From the NCBI GenBank assembly GCA_013239625.1, contig MU053994.1, forward strand, positions 4,197,434 through 4,261,433: a DNA stretch of 64,000 nucleotides. Direction: 5' to 3'. Source of the stretch: Lama guanicoe (Eukaryota). This document shows positions 9,432-23,519 of this stretch, piece after piece; position 1 is the first letter of the stretch, and every line of letters begins with the position of its first letter. The translations under genes and the position numbers were made by a program. The notes under the pieces are model-generated. The model was not told the DNA's origin and ran no database searches. It saw only the letters and a list, made by a program, of their open reading frames with translations.

Positions 9432-11448
9432 CCATTATTCTTGTTTAACCAAACATTCACATCAACTACTTGAGGTGATTGCACATGTAGAAAGAAAAGT
9501 AAAAGAAGGAATTGGCAGGGTGACTTCCCTGGCATTCCCTCCAACTGATTCTCCACTGTTGTCTGCACTTCCTCGATACAAACCAGAATCACATGAATAC
9601 TTAGTGCTCAAAGGCAGAGTAAATTTCTCTTAGCTGATAGCTGTCCTCCAGGGAATTGTCATTATAACAGCTCGTGTAGACCTATACATACTTTAGAGGA
9701 TGGTGGGTTGGTAGCATCGGATAGTGGTTGCAAGATACATTCTTTTGAACTGTGCAACTTTTTTGACATCCCTGAAATCTTATCTCACAGCTGGTCCCCT
9801 GAAGGTCAAGCTGGCCATATTTGGCCAAGCACGCTTTATCCAACAAATTGGGTGGCGTTCATGGCTCAGTTTTCACAAGGACTCCAATTGGCACTAGATG
9901 GAAGGTACCTCACGTGGAGGCACCATGTTTCTGATGTCCTCTGTGTCCCCTGTAGCTGCTAATGCACACAGTAGGGGCTTGAGAAGTGCTCTTATTAATC
10001 GATAGCGGGGATCAGTGCAGGTGGTCCATCAGACCGCTGTTGTTTGGGGTTGTTCCAGCGGAGGACTGCCTTAACCCTAATAGAAAATCCTTTTGCAGTG
10101 GTTGGACTCAACTCGTCAAAGAGAGTAGCCCCTATCCCAATGTAGAACGGTCTCTTTAGATAATTGTGCTCAAAATGACATATTTTCTTACCAGGTTTTT
10201 TGAGAAATCTGGACTTCAAAAAAGACAAAACGGAATATTGCCTCGTGGCTCAGGCAATATATCTCTGTCTCTATTGTTTGCTTAAGTCTTATTAGGGTCA
10301 GTTGTGCCCTGAATTACTACATTTCCTATTTCTCTGTATCATTAGATTTCCAAATAGTTCAGAAATAAAGTCCCTTTTCTTTTTCATTTTACTTTTTCAT
10401 AAGGGAGTATTGAATATGACAAGGCCTGTCATCTCCTAATGAGAAATGGCTCTTGGCAACTTAGAACTATTATTAAGATGACATTTTCCCCTCCGAGTCT
10501 CAACAAGAAACTGAGTTGCGTGGGCTCTGAAACAAAGCAATGAAGGACCAAAGAGAAGACAAGAGCCAAAGAAAAATAGATGAATTGGGTTAACGAATTT
10601 AGGCTTGGTCTGGTGAAATTTTCAAAGGCATTTTGAAAATTGTCCTTTGGAGAAAAAACAGAGAAAAGACAGAGACATGAGGAAAGTGAGATTCAGTACA
10701 TCATGAGCTTTATCACGTTTCTGTCAGCTTCTTGCATTAGTGACCCAATTTGCTTACAAAGAAAAATCCCTCCCATTGTCTGTTCATCAAGGAACCTAGA
10801 GAAAGTCATTTCCAGATTGGTTCTGAACTACAAGATAAAAATCATCAGTATGACATGCATATATTCGTAATGCATTGCTGCGCAATTGATACTGGGTATT
10901 TCACTGCAGACAGACATGAAGTCATGTATTAGAAAACCACCAGAAAGCATTGGATACTTACAAACACCGTTTTTCTTTTTTGACAGCATAATGAAAACTT
11001 TCAGAGCGTTCTTGTCTTTCAAATGATAGTACCGTTTTGTTTTATGGTTTTATTTTCCGATAGAGCTTTAGATATGTGCCAACAGGCATGGGGATGAGGA
11101 TGGGGATGAAGATGAAATCAGAAACTCAAAAAACTGTCGCACCTAACGCTTGGAATCTTGAAAGTGAGAGCAGATGCCTGAGTTATGAATTGCAGTTTTG
11201 TGTGGAAACAATCTGTCAGCAACTTAATGCTGAATAGCAACTGTTTTAAAGAAAACAGTTTGTCTCCTTTGGTATCGTGGTTATGCTTGAAAGATGAAAG
11301 GTTGTCTGAAATTTTGGAGGCATGGAAGCAGGGATATGATATATAGGGTTAGATTGTATTGCAGGCGCTGAGGTTATATTTGGTCCTATCATTTTTACCT
11401 AGATTCCCCAGATTTCTGAGTTGGAAGGAACTCAACGTTTATCTAGGC

Positions 11449-11616
11449 CAGTCCTTCTCAAGCTTTAATGTGTTTATGAATCATCTGGAGATCTTGTTAA
11501 ACCGCAGATTTTGATTCAGCAAGCATGGTGGAAGGATCTGAGATTCTGTAAGGCTCACAAGCTCCTAGGTTAAGGCCAAAACTGCTGGTCTATGGAGCAC
11601 ATATTGAGCAGAAAGG
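11449..11616. mobile_element. MER5-like hAT-Charlie MITE
   Basis: ttctcaagctttaatgtg...gaatcatctggagatcttgttaaa...gcagattttgattcag...ctgagattctg. Confidence 0.75.
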
Positions 11617-12069
11617 TCTAAGATCATTTTTGTTTGTTTGTTTGTTTTACTCCCGCTTCTCAGACATTTTAGCGTTTTGCAATTCTGTCGCAGGTAATTT
11701 GTCACCAACACTAGTTAAATCACCAAGGTTTTTTGTCACGCTGAAACTATCTATAGCAGATTTCTATCCCTGTCTCTATGTCTATCTGTATCTCTAAATG
11801 AAAGTAATTTAAGGTTATCTCCATAATAATGTTCATCTCCTTGACATCTAGCTTCTGACATGCTATCCTTAGTGGAAGAGAAAAAGGTACATTCTTGCCA
11901 GGGAATTACACATAGTTCTGGTTATGCCTTCGGGACTGTTGTTGTACATGTGACTGTCATCTGCCATGAGCGGAGACAAGATTGAGCGTTGCTCATCTAG
12001 TTTAATCTTTCAGTTGTTGATTAGAAAACCAGGTCACATTAAACCCCAAATAAATCTGTATTGGACTTT

Positions 12070-12166
12070 AATTTTTAGATTCAACATATAAGTGATATCA
12101 TATGGTTTTTTCTTTCTCTTTCTGGCTTAGTTCACTTAGAATGACGATCTCCAGGTCCATCCATGC
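12070..12166 (-). mobile_element. Short L1 fragment (ORF2 C-terminus only)
   Basis: Minus strand reads WMDLEIVILSELSQKEKE and ends at the A-run after the ORF2 stop; tggaYttt on both sides. Confidence 0.8.
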
Positions 12167-13769
12167 TGGATTTTTTTAATTTACAAAAATATCTCCATTC
12201 AGCAACTTTAAACAATGGATATCTGTGCAAAGGAAGAACTAATCAACTCTATGTATTCCCTCCAACCCTCTGTTAACTTTGTACGTACTTCTTGATGGAG
12301 TTTTTCTATACTCATATAAACATATTTTTAATAATGTCTACCAATTTTTCTGCAACTTGCTTCTTATTTAATATCTTGGAAACAACTATTGCAGGTCTGT
12401 TAGAAAAATGCAACCAAGCATTTTCTTATTTAACATTTTAATCATCTTAAAAGTGATTTCCCTGAGCTTTAATCCCCCTTTTGTGATCCATAACTAGTTG
12501 TATTAAGAGGAAGATGAATACCAGTCAAAGTGTTTTCCCAGGACGCTAGAATGTAACTTGCATGAATGCCGAGAGCTTTGTCTGGATCAGATGTATCCCA
12601 AGATCCTACAAAGGAACCTAAAATATAATAAGTGCCTGATAAATATGTATTTAATTAATCAACATCAGCCAGACAGTGTCAGGGCAATCAGGAGGTGGGT
12701 GGGGGAATAGAATGTCAAGGGAAGGGGCTGAGGCATGCCTTGTATCTATTAAATGTTTGCCCTTGACCTCATCCAGTAAGACTCAACACATCAGTTGGGT
12801 AAATTTTACCTGTGTCTAAATTTTGTTTAATGACTGGTCACCTAACAAAATGGTTCTTCTTAAGCCTAGCCACATGATAAAATGGATAGGCATTTTATTT
12901 GCCTTTTTAATGTACTAAGATTACCTTAAGGAAATTGGTTAATTTAAAAAGAAAAAGGAAAACACTACATAATTGATTAATTAAGTTCAATCATGTGATT
13001 GATACTCTCTTCCTGGAGAGTCATGAGACATATACAAATACATGTATAAAGGTTATATATAAAGGTTTTGCTCCCAGTTCTTTCCAATCCTCAGGAAACA
13101 TTCATTCATTTGTGGGACAGATATTTCTATCCATAGCACTAGGATGTAGAGAACATGTATCTAGATCTTGGCAGTAGAATTAGGATGTGAGGGCAGAATG
13201 GAGGAAATACCAATGTAATGGGGACCCTCATCTGTAGCACAGAATGATGATGATTTCCATAACCACTCAGTAATTATCATGCTCAACCTCCAAGTAAAAG
13301 AAATCTGAGTATTCATTTTGCGAATTGAGAGAGAAAGAGGCTTGGCCATATTTTGTACTAGGCTGATAACCCTTAAATATTCACTCTTCTGTGGCTTTTG
13401 GCTTCAGCTGGGGACCAAAAAAAAAAAAAAAGTCATCAAGTGATGTGATTTTCAGATGATCTAGGACATCTAGAATTTTGAAGTTGTTATGCAAAGAGGA
13501 GAACAAAGACTCTTTGCTTCAAGGGACTTAGTTGTAAAGATTCACTCAAGCTTTGAACTTGTTTGTATGCAATTCTACACCTTTTAAGATGCAAATCATT
13601 TTGTCAGTTAAACCGGAGGAGATCCATTGAAAAACCATTGTGGACTTTGGCAGTTTAATAAAAGGCCCATTTTTCAAAACAGTGCCTTGTGTTGTGTGGG
13701 TCAGGTCAGGTGATCTCATTTTGATGCTACTCTAAGTTAATGAAGGGGCAATAACTTTTGATAAGTGGT

Positions 13770-14025
13770 GTTGCAGTATAATAAAGTGAACACAGTCGGA
13801 GTGGATGAGGTTAGATTCTATTCTTATTTCTGTAGCTTAGAATCTTTGTGAACATAAACAAACTACTTAACCACTCTGAGCCTCAGTTTCCCCACGTACA
13901 AAAAGAATACATGCGCATATCTTCTTGACAGTGTTGTAGAAGGGATCAGCTGAGTACTGTGTGGAACGTTAGCTCAGTGCCTGGCGTACAGTCAGTGATC
14001 AAGAAGGTTAACTACTGTGACTACT
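13770..14025 (+). mobile_element. MIR SINE
   Basis: tacttaaccactctgagcctcagtttcccc...cagtgcctggcgtacag. Confidence 0.8.
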
Positions 14026-14210
14026 GATAAGAATAAAACATACATTCTAAGCATGAGAGTACTTGTATTAGTTTGTTTTACTGTAAATTCCTGATCCTTC
14101 TCTACTGGAGAAGGTTTAGCCAACATGTGCACTCAGTTTCCTGCTATTCCGCCAGCACTATAGCTTGCTTTTAAATTTCTGTTTTGGCCGAAACTTAAGT
14201 GCCAGAAAAT

Positions 14211-14273
14211 TTGAAGGAGAAGAACACAGGAAGAAGAATATTGAAGAAGAAGAACATAGGAAGAAGAATATTG
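14211..14273. repeat. 30-bp purine-rich tandem duplication
   Basis: ttgaagRagaagaacaYaggaagaagaata twice (14211, 14241). Confidence 0.95.
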
Positions 14274-14473
14274 TTTTCAGATTGCACTTACTTGCAATTT
14301 AGCCTTGAACCTACTTGACCAGATCAGTCTAGTGTGGTACTGAAGACGCCTTTTGCCCTCTCACAGGCCTGAGGAGAGCTATCAGGAATTGGTTTCCCAA
14401 TTCCACTTTAACAAGCCCATTTTTGAGTCATTATGGTTTCTTGGTTAAGCACTCTTGAAACATATATTCTTCA

Positions 14474-14597
14474 TTTTTTTTGGCGGAGGGAGGTAATTGG
14501 GTTTATTTATTTATTTGAACAGGGGTACAGGGGATTGAACCCAGGACCTCGTGCATGCTGAGCATGGCACTCTACCACTGAGCTCTACCCTCCCCCC
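14474..14597 (-). mobile_element. vic-1-like SINE, long form
   Basis: ggaggtaattgggtttatttatt...gggattgaacccaggacctcgtgcatgctgagcatggcactctaccactgagctctaccctcccc. Confidence 0.9.
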
Positions 14598-15039
14598 GGT
14601 CCACGCATTCTTTAATGGACAGATTATTTCAGCTCCTTCAGAGCCATGGCCATCTACATGCTGAGCACTCTTAATATTCAACTATCATTAAATTAATATG
14701 TATATATTTAGTAGAAACTTACATGAAGAAAAATTACCGCACTAGGGCTTATCATAGAAAAGTGAATATTTCACATCTGTCATAGTATGCATGTGTGGTT
14801 ACAAGGCATGCCATTTTTGATGGATAATGTAGTAGTCATAAGCTTGCATCTTTCTGAAATAACATGAATTGTTAGTATTGTTATTGTTTCCCCAAACATA
14901 CATTAGGCCCTCATTTCTAATGGTATTGGAGGAAATGATTGAACTTTGCCTTCAGTTCATTTTCTGTAGTCTTTCCTGTTAAGTCTGTACACTAACCTAA
15001 AATAAACAAAGAAACAAACAAGCAAATACAACTAAGTAC

Positions 15040-15695
15040 TACAGAAATCAGATCACTCCTGTCCCTTCTAAAGCCCTTTCTCTAGGCAGGAGCCAGAGTG
15101 ATCTTATTAAAAAGTAAAACAGATCACGTTATTTCCTTGTTCCAAAGGCTTTATTGTCTTTCCACTGAATCTAGAAAAAGAATCCAGATTCCTTCCTCAA
15201 CAAGTGTTATATTATTTGCGCCCCACCCCACCCCTCTCTGTCCTCATCTTCCAATATTTCCCCTGAATCTCCATCTTGCTGTTCCTCTAAATGCACAGTT
15301 TGCTTCACTTTGGAGGAACTTTGTATTTGCTGTTCTCTGTTTAAAGTGCTCTGTCCCTAGTCTTTTGCATTTAAAAGCTTTTCTGTCTCAGCCCAAAGAC
15401 CACTTCCTCAGTGAGGCCTTCCTTGATTACCTACACTAAGTTAGCACCTGCACCCTCACCCTCCAAACACTCTCTACCCTTCTGTTTTTTTTATTTTTTA
15501 TTATTATTATTATTATTAAACATAGCATTCATCACACCCCAAATTATGTTTATCTCTATTGTCTCATTTGCCATCTGTCTTTCCTCACTAGTATCAAGGC
15601 AGGACCTTATGCATCTTATTCATTGGAATAACCTCAGTTCCTGAATTAGTACCAGGCACAGAGTGGGCACTCAGTAAATATTTGGATAAATCATA
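15040..15695 (+). mobile_element. L2 LINE 3' fragment
   Basis: gccagagtgatctt...cagatcacgtt...cacttcctcagtgaggccttccttgatt...ggcactcagtaaatatttgg. Confidence 0.75.
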
Positions 15696-17159
15696 TGGTG
15701 ATGCCTCAGAGAGGTGATATGTCTTTCTTCGGTGACTGAGAAAATGTGTTATTATCCAAAGGCAGGTTCTTATTCAAGCTCTGCATTTATTTAGCTGTGT
15801 CATCGTAGACAAAGTATCCACATTGCTAAGCTGTACTTGATTCATCATTAAAGTGAGGAGAAGGATATCGCAGGGTCTTTCAAACTGGAACCAAAAAATT
15901 AATAATGGGTACTCTCTATTTTTAATATTTCAAGAAAGCTGATGAAAATCTAATATTTCATCCATATTATGTTCGTAGAGAGCAAATACAATGTCAGTTT
16001 TGGAGGGGGGTCTGTCTAGAATTCTATTACTTCATAATAATTAGCAGTTTCAGTCTTTTATTTATAAAACGGGTGAACAAGTCAAGGATAATTTAGTTTT
16101 CTAGTAAAATAGTTTCAAATGGGAAAATAAATTAGGGCTGAAAATGCTTTGGAGAAAATGAGCTGTAAGTGTCTTATCAACTTCAAAATTCTGAGATTTT
16201 TAGTGCATAATTCAGAATCCCTAGTTGCAAGCAACAGAGTCCATTCTAGCCAGTTACCACAGAAGGGGATTTAATAAAGAATGGCAGATAACCTCACACA
16301 ATCTCCAAGGCAGCAAGCAGCATTGACTAAACACAGCTTGGGATTGCAAACTAGTGCTCCTCTAATTCTATCACTGTCTGATTAAATTTTTATGCAGAAT
16401 TTCTTGGTTAAAGCATATATATTATTTATGTTGATAAATAGTACCAAATTTATACCCATAAATCATATGATCAACAGTAAATAGAAGAGGAAGCCCTTTT
16501 TCTCATATCCTTGTCAAGTGTCAATCAAGGCTTTGCTGGACAGTTGGCCATCCCTCTGTTCAAGGTCATGTCAAAACACTTCATTCCTCTCTGCAAGGCC
16601 CCTACACAACCATTTGCTCTCCTAGACTTTGTTGTTACTCTGGGAATCTAAACAAACACTTAGGGTATAAATTCCTTTGCCTTTTAGTCCTCCAGCTTCC
16701 CATGGAGTTTTTCCAACTCCCCTGCACACTAACCCAAAAAGAAGGGCTCAGAATTATTCCTCTCTGGGAATCATGGGCCTCTGGGCTCCTTGCTTCCCCT
16801 CTGTCTCTCCTTCTTCCCCACATCCAAGCAATATTTTTCCAATCTGAGTAGGAGTGATGCTTTACTGTCACTCACATGATTCTTCCAAACGCTGTCAATG
16901 CCCAGGTCAGCTCTAATTTCCCTAAAACAGAAGTCACAATATGGTCACCAAGAGCCACATTTGACCACAGATTGGTTATGTTTATCTAGCTAGTATTTTT
17001 AAAAGAAATTAAATTTGAAAAATTTTGGATGGGTCAGATAATTTTTGACACAGAAAATATTTTCTTTGTCACAGAAACAAACAAATGAAAATCCTCCATA
17101 AATATTTACAAGTTGTTTTCTCCACCTGTGCATTTTCTTTGACAAATTGACAATTATTA

Positions 17160-18090
17160 GAGCCTTCCTCAAAGCTTAACACTGCTTTTCTCTCTTTTCC
17201 TCTTAACTCTGCCCCTAAGCCATCTCATCCATGCTCAAGGCTCTAATCCCCATCTTTGTGCTGTGACTCTCTGCATGTATTTACATTCCTGACCCAGGTC
17301 TTGGATTTCCAGCTTCTTAGCTGACATCTCTACTTCAATGTCTTAATATTTTCAAATTCAACAATTTCAGAGCCAAATTCATGATGACTCCTCCATGGCC
17401 TTTCTGTTGTGACCTATTCCGTGACTAGGGCCATAGTCCTCCTGGTAATGCAAAATCAAGCAAAAGAAAACAAACAACAAAGGCTGAGTCACGTGACATC
17501 TTTCTTTTCCTCATCCCCTGTATCTTATCTATCATTCCTGACTATTGCCAACTGCTTTATACTGTCACCTCCAAGATAAAATGAGTATGTCCATTCATCT
17601 CCATTTCTGCTATGACCTCTCCAGTCCAAGCTACCATCACCTCTTGCTTGGATAATCTCCTAAATGATTTCCTTGCCTCCCTTTCTTTCCCTCTAATTAG
17701 TTCTCCACCAAGGAGCCTGAGTGAGCTTTTCAAAATGCAATTCTAATCACGTCAGCCAAGCCTCTTCATCTCCAATTACCTCAGACCATAGAAAGACTTT
17801 CTGTAGGTCCTGAGATGAAGATTGTAATCTTCACAGGGTCTACACACCCTGGTATGGCCTGGCCCCTGACTTTACTATCTTCTCTTGTGCCACAGTGCTC
17901 CTAGATTTCCCTGTTCTAATCACCTTGGTTTTTTGGGGGGTAGTCCATTCACTAGCCATATTCTCTCATATCTTAAGACCGTGACAATCCTCCCTGCTTC
18001 CAATCTCACTTCCAGGCTCGATAACTCCTATTTCTCCTTCAGATCTCAGCTCAAGTGTCACTCTTACAGGGAGACTTTCTCCAACTCCCA
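17160..18090 (+). mobile_element. L2 LINE fragment
   Basis: ccatctcatccatgctcaaggct...ccagtccaagctaccatcacctcttgcttgga...ccttcagatctcagctcaagtgtcactc. Confidence 0.75.
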
Positions 18091-19523
18091 GAGTTGGAAT
18101 TAAGGTAGAGCACTTTAAACTTTCATTTACTAATCCTTCACAGAACAAGTGAACAATTAGCACTAACATTACTTAATATCAGCCCTAATATTTAACAGGT
18201 GTTCAATACATGATTTATATAACTTTAGGGCTGTAGGATAATTTGTCCTGACTTTATTTCACAGAGGAGGAATTGGAGATCTAGGAAACAGAAAATGATT
18301 TGCTCAAGAGTAGACTGTAAAAGAGAGGTCTAGTTAGGATTTGAACTGAAATTGTGTTCACGGTACCAAATGAGACTGTGTGATATGTTGAAATCCTTCA
18401 TATCACTTGCAAGTTGTGAGACTAGGAGAAAGTTACATTTTCTTTCCATACTTTAGTCAGACGTTCTATCAAGTGAAGGCAATATTTGCCTTTAATATTA
18501 GTGATAAGGATTAAACGACACAATGCATATATCTAAGACACCAAAAAATGTCACTGACCCTTGCTCGCTCCTTAAATCATGGATGGTATATTTAAGCATT
18601 TGAATGCATTTCTTATTTGTGACTTTCTTTCAAGAGCAATCACTAAACACAGAAAGAAAATTTCTATAGAAACAGATTTCCCAAGAAGAATGTAATGCCA
18701 GGAGGATTATAGATACTTTAGAATTTTTAAGAATAGAGTTTTAGGACCTAAATGCTGACCGATTTTTAGTTGAAATGACTAGAACAGCTAATTTACCTTT
18801 AGAGCCTGAGTTGCAGAATAACTCAAAGCCAACAGACATAAAAGGTAAAGATTTAGCAGCTTGATTTTTACCTTTAAGTATTTGTCAAGAAAAGCATCTT
18901 AGGGAATTTAGTCCTATCTTTGTCCCTTGAGATAAGAAATCATAATTCTATAGCACTGAGTAAATGTCTTAGTGCAGAAATGAATCATAAAAATGAGATT
19001 TCTGTCAGAAGGCCCCTTAATCTTACTTAACACAACACAGAAGGAAAGAAAAGATCATGAACCCTGAGTGACATAACAAAACTTGTCACACTCACAGAAA
19101 GCTAAAAGAGAGAACTAAGGAGGCCCTGGGAACATTCATCATAGGCAGTAAATGAATAAATGGATAAATGGATAAATAAATAGGAAAGGATTTTCTTGCA
19201 GAAGATTAGAGCCTCAGGCACTAGGAAGTTTGTACAAGGATGTTCTCTGCTGCATTGTTTATAAAAGAAAACAAAAATTCGAGAAGAGTCTAACTGTCCG
19301 CTGGTAGATGAGTGATTAAGTTGCAGGGCATTTATACTCTGGACTATGACACCTTTGAACCCACATTTCCAAACAAAACGAGGCCTTGATTTATGTATGA
19401 AACGATGCTATACTTAAGACTGGTCTGGTCCCTTCTGGGCAAGGAAAATAAATGCCTTATTCTCCGTGATCATGATCTGAGAGGTCAAAGTTAGCCTTTC
19501 TTTCCACATTTCATAGATTTCTT

Positions 19524-19654
19524 CTTTTTTTAGGGAGTGGGGGAAGGAGGTAATTAGATTTACTTATGTATTTTTAAAGGAGGTACTGAGGATTGAACCC
19601 AGGACCTTATACATGCTAGGCATGCACTCTACCACTTGAGCTATACCCTCCCCC
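19524..19654 (-). mobile_element. vic-1-like SINE, long form
   Basis: A/B boxes on minus strand; TSD agatttctt at 19515-19523 and 19657-19665. Confidence 0.9.
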
Positions 19655-19664
19655 TGAGATTTCT

Positions 19665-20072
19665 TGAATTTTAGAGTTGAAAGGTTCCTCACAATACTCA
19701 TTTCACAGTTGAAAAAACTGAGACCCAGAGACGTAATTTACTCAAGGTCAAGTGTTCATTTTGCCCAAGATCTGGTCTAAAACCACTGCCTTCTGACTAT
19801 TATATTCAATTCTTCTTTCATAATAATCAAAATAATATCTAATAGCCAAACTACTATAGTTACTAAGTGCCAAGTTTACATTTGCACTTATAATGTCTCC
19901 AAGGGGTGTAGAATATTATCATCCCCATTTGACAGATAAGAAAGATGAAGCAAAGAGATGTTAAATAACCTATCCAAGGTCATACAGTTAGTAACTTGCA
20001 GACTAGGATTCAAAACCAAGCAATCATGCTCCAGAATCCATATGCTTTTCCCATTACACTATTCTGCCTCTC
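19665..20072 (-). mobile_element. Two adjacent MIR fragments
   Basis: catttcacagttgaaaaaactgagacccagaga; and ccccatttgacagataagaaa...ccaaggtcatacagttagtaa...ggattcaaaaccaagc. Confidence 0.75.
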
Positions 20073-20659
20073 TACATGGTGAGGCTCTTTTTGGCGGCGG
20101 CTCTGTTTAGAAAATGAGGCTCTTCTCATTAATTTCCGGTGTGATAAATAGTATAAATAACACTGTGAGCACAGAACTGCTTCACCTGAGGCTTTGTCAA
20201 TGATAAATTGTGCAGGAAAACCAAGAAACTTGGATAAGAAAATGAGAGAGGGGAGAAGTTAGGAAGACTTCCCATTTGAACACAGATGTAAGCCACCGAG
20301 ACACTGGGGCACAGCTGGGGCAGGGCCACTGGAAAATGAAATAATCAAACTTGGACAGAGTTGCCTAGAGTTGCAGAGCTTTTTGTATTCTCCTTTTCTC
20401 GCTAGGCATTTTGCCAGTTGCTCTTAAAAAAGCACGTCATGTCTTCTGCTGCACTTTCAGACTCTGTACATACTAATATAAACTGCAACGGAGAAACATT
20501 CATCACTGTAAAACTTTGCCTTGCAGGCTCAGATGGAAAATTTGGCTCCAGCTCTCCTTGTATCTATGGGCCAGGCAGGAGCCTGGCATGTAAGTCCAAG
20601 TGGTCCACCCTTGTCAGGGAAGCCAGCTCCCAGCCCTTGAAACCTTTACAAACAGTAAC

Positions 20660-21107
20660 TGTATCCTTTATCTGTTGCTCAGTAACACCCCAGTACTTAA
20701 TGACTTCCCACAAGCTATTCCTTCTCATGATTCCATGGGTTAGCTGGGTGGTTCTTAGAGTCGTTTTGCCTGGAATCACTTATGCAGCTGTATTGAGCAG
20801 AAGAGGCTGGTGGGGTCTGAGTTCTGTTAGAATAGTCGAGACAACTGGACTTCTCGTCCATCCCACATGGTTTTTCATTCCAGACTTTTTGCAGCATAAT
20901 TGTCTTAGGTTTCCAAGAGAACAAAAGAAGAAGCCGTATGACCTCATAGGTCCTTAGTCCAGAGCTTGGACAGCATCACTTCCGTCACATCCTATTGGCC
21001 CAAGTAAGTTATAAGAGCAACCTTCATTCAATATTTGAGGTGACTGTACAAGTCCATGAATTCAGGGTGATATGATTGATTAAGGGCTATTGTGTAATAA
21101 TCTAACA
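20660..21107 (-). mobile_element. MaLR LTR (MLT1-type)
   Basis: tgtatcctttatctgttgctcagtaacaccccagtacttaatgactt...cagcatcacttccgtcacatcctattggcc...taatctaaca. Confidence 0.7.
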
Positions 21108-22289
21108 CTCAGGACTTTTTAAAAAGCCAAAACAGTCTTTCTCTTGTGTGATTGGCTGGAGTAGCAGAAACTTAAGCAAGAAGAGAAATAAGCATTTATT
21201 ACTGAGATCCCCTTACCTCACAGAAAAAGGCATCACACCAAGGGAGATGTAAGAAATATAGTTATTTATTGAGTCTTTCCTTTATATATGATTCTCGTGG
21301 CATCTAAGTGACTCTGACATGATCACAGCCATCAGAGGGTGGGTCAGTGTGGATTTCACCCCAGGATACAGTGGAGTATTTCTGGCTTAAAGTCAGTTAG
21401 AGCTATGAGGAAGGAAAGAAGTTGTGCAGAATGGAGTGTTGCCAAAGGGCTGTCATCTCCTAAAGTCAGGGTTAACAAAATAAATACCCATATAGAAAAG
21501 AGAAAGGAATCAGTCTGATCACCAGGCTGTTTCTGCTACATTTCTTGTTGGTATCCATATCAGAAGCAAATACCAAAGGTCAGGGTATCCCACAGGCCCC
21601 TATAAAGCTGCCTGATAACCATTTGTAGTAGATTGACAACTGACCTTTCCTGAATGGAAGGTTCATGAATGTTGGGGGTGAGAGAAGGCTTTTACTGGAG
21701 GGAAATAGCAGATATAAATTTCACTTCATTTATATTGTCTGTCAATCCACCTGAGGTGAATCCTTAGACACAGAGGTGGCTCAGATCTGTCAAATGGATC
21801 TTTCGGTCCACTGTTCATGGCTTCCTGCTTGAAAGAATATATATCAGCAATCCAACTAATGGTCTACATAGTCTGTTGTCTGCCCAGGTAAAAGGCACTC
21901 AAAAGTCAATGATGGGAAAATACTAGGACTACCTAATAATAAGTGTAGCCTGAGGATTAAAGGAGCAAAAATGCATCATCATGAAAGTGATCAATCAATG
22001 AGTTCAGTTACAATGCTTAGCAGAACAATATTTGATGATATAGAGTCAGGGGTGAAGACAAAAAGAAAAAGAAGAAGTAGTTTGAAACCCATCTTAGATT
22101 CAGAAGATTATGTTTTCATTTTTTCATTAAAATTTCAGTAATTTACCAGAAGGCTAAAATGACAGCTTCTGAACCTTCTCATGAAGTTATCCTGGCTCCT
22201 GTAGGCACAATTTCCTTCGTGCTTCTCTACTACTTTGTACATGGCACTGCTGCAGGGCTGACTGCATTATTCATAAAGACTGTGAGCTA

Positions 22290-22458
22290 CTAGATAAACA
22301 AGGTCCTACCGTAGAGCACAGGGAACTATATTCAATAGCTTGTAATAACCTATAATGGAAAAGAATATGTATATATGTCTAACTAAATCACTGTGCTGTA
22401 CACCAGAAACTAACACAAGACTAAATCAATACTTCAATAAAAAAATAATAAAATAAAA
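22290..22458 (+). mobile_element. L1 3' end
   Basis: aaacaaggtcctaccgtagagcacagggaactatattcaa...acttcaataaaaaaa. Confidence 0.9.
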
Positions 22459-23519
22459 GGGAAATATACTTCCCACTGTTTGGTTATAAACTTAGTGATT
22501 CTGGAGACAGTTTGGTTCTATATTTTACAGTCTGAAAGTCATTGACATACTTTATAATTTCGTTTGTTTACTCATTGTCAGCTATGAGGTCGCTCAGACT
22601 CTTAAATTATTCCATGGTAGTGCCAACAATATTCTCAATAAACAAATCAATGACTGAAGCCAAAAAAAAATCAGAAGATAATTCATTATTTTAGAGGAAG
22701 AACAATTTGGTCAGATAACATTCGTAAAGTTTATAAAGTGCCAGTTTTCTTTAGTGAGAGACTTTACGAAAGGAGAAAGACAATAGTGTGATGATAAATG
22801 GAAATATTTGAAGGCTGATGCTAGTTTACCAACTCGGGAAAATATAACAGGAGAACTTCAGTACTTAGAGAATTATGACTAAGATCAAATAATGTACATA
22901 GTCTTACAATCAAAAGATAAAATAAACCAGAACACACTGGGAGCCCAGTTGAGTAGCAGAAAATTTTATGGGAATACTGTTCTATCCAAAACCTTTATTG
23001 TCCTGCTTATGGCTCCCTTCCTCGTGTTAGTCATGAGAAAAGCTGCACACAAATGAACTGTATATCATCGCGGTCAGAGTACCAGGGGTCTAGCTAGCTT
23101 CAATTTGGGGACGGACTGGGGAGAAGTTTGGGAGAGCACCGTGTCACGTACAAAGGATTCTATCACAAAGGGAATTGTATGGTAACAAAAAGAGATTGCT
23201 AGGTCTGTCGACTGGTGCCAGTTGAGGGAGAGGTGTGATATTAAAAGATGGAAGAGAAAGAAAAATTATTCAGTTACCTTTGTGTTGCCAACATCTCTCA
23301 AAGAGACTCCTCTTCAAGCAGGAAAAATGCATAGAAACTACCATTTAAAGGGAAACTGAGTCTTGCATGTGTAAAGAGGCAATAAACATTTAACTAATAC
23401 TTCAGATCACAGATAATTTGCATTCATAAAATAGACACTAAACAATTATTTCTATTGAACAGAAGCAAATAGATAAGTGAAAGAATGAATAAATATAAAT
23501 GAACAAATGAATTTCATCC

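Noticed and set aside
20418..20957. 179-aa ORF
   Set aside because: Non-ATG start, runs through an MLT1 LTR, no homology recognised.
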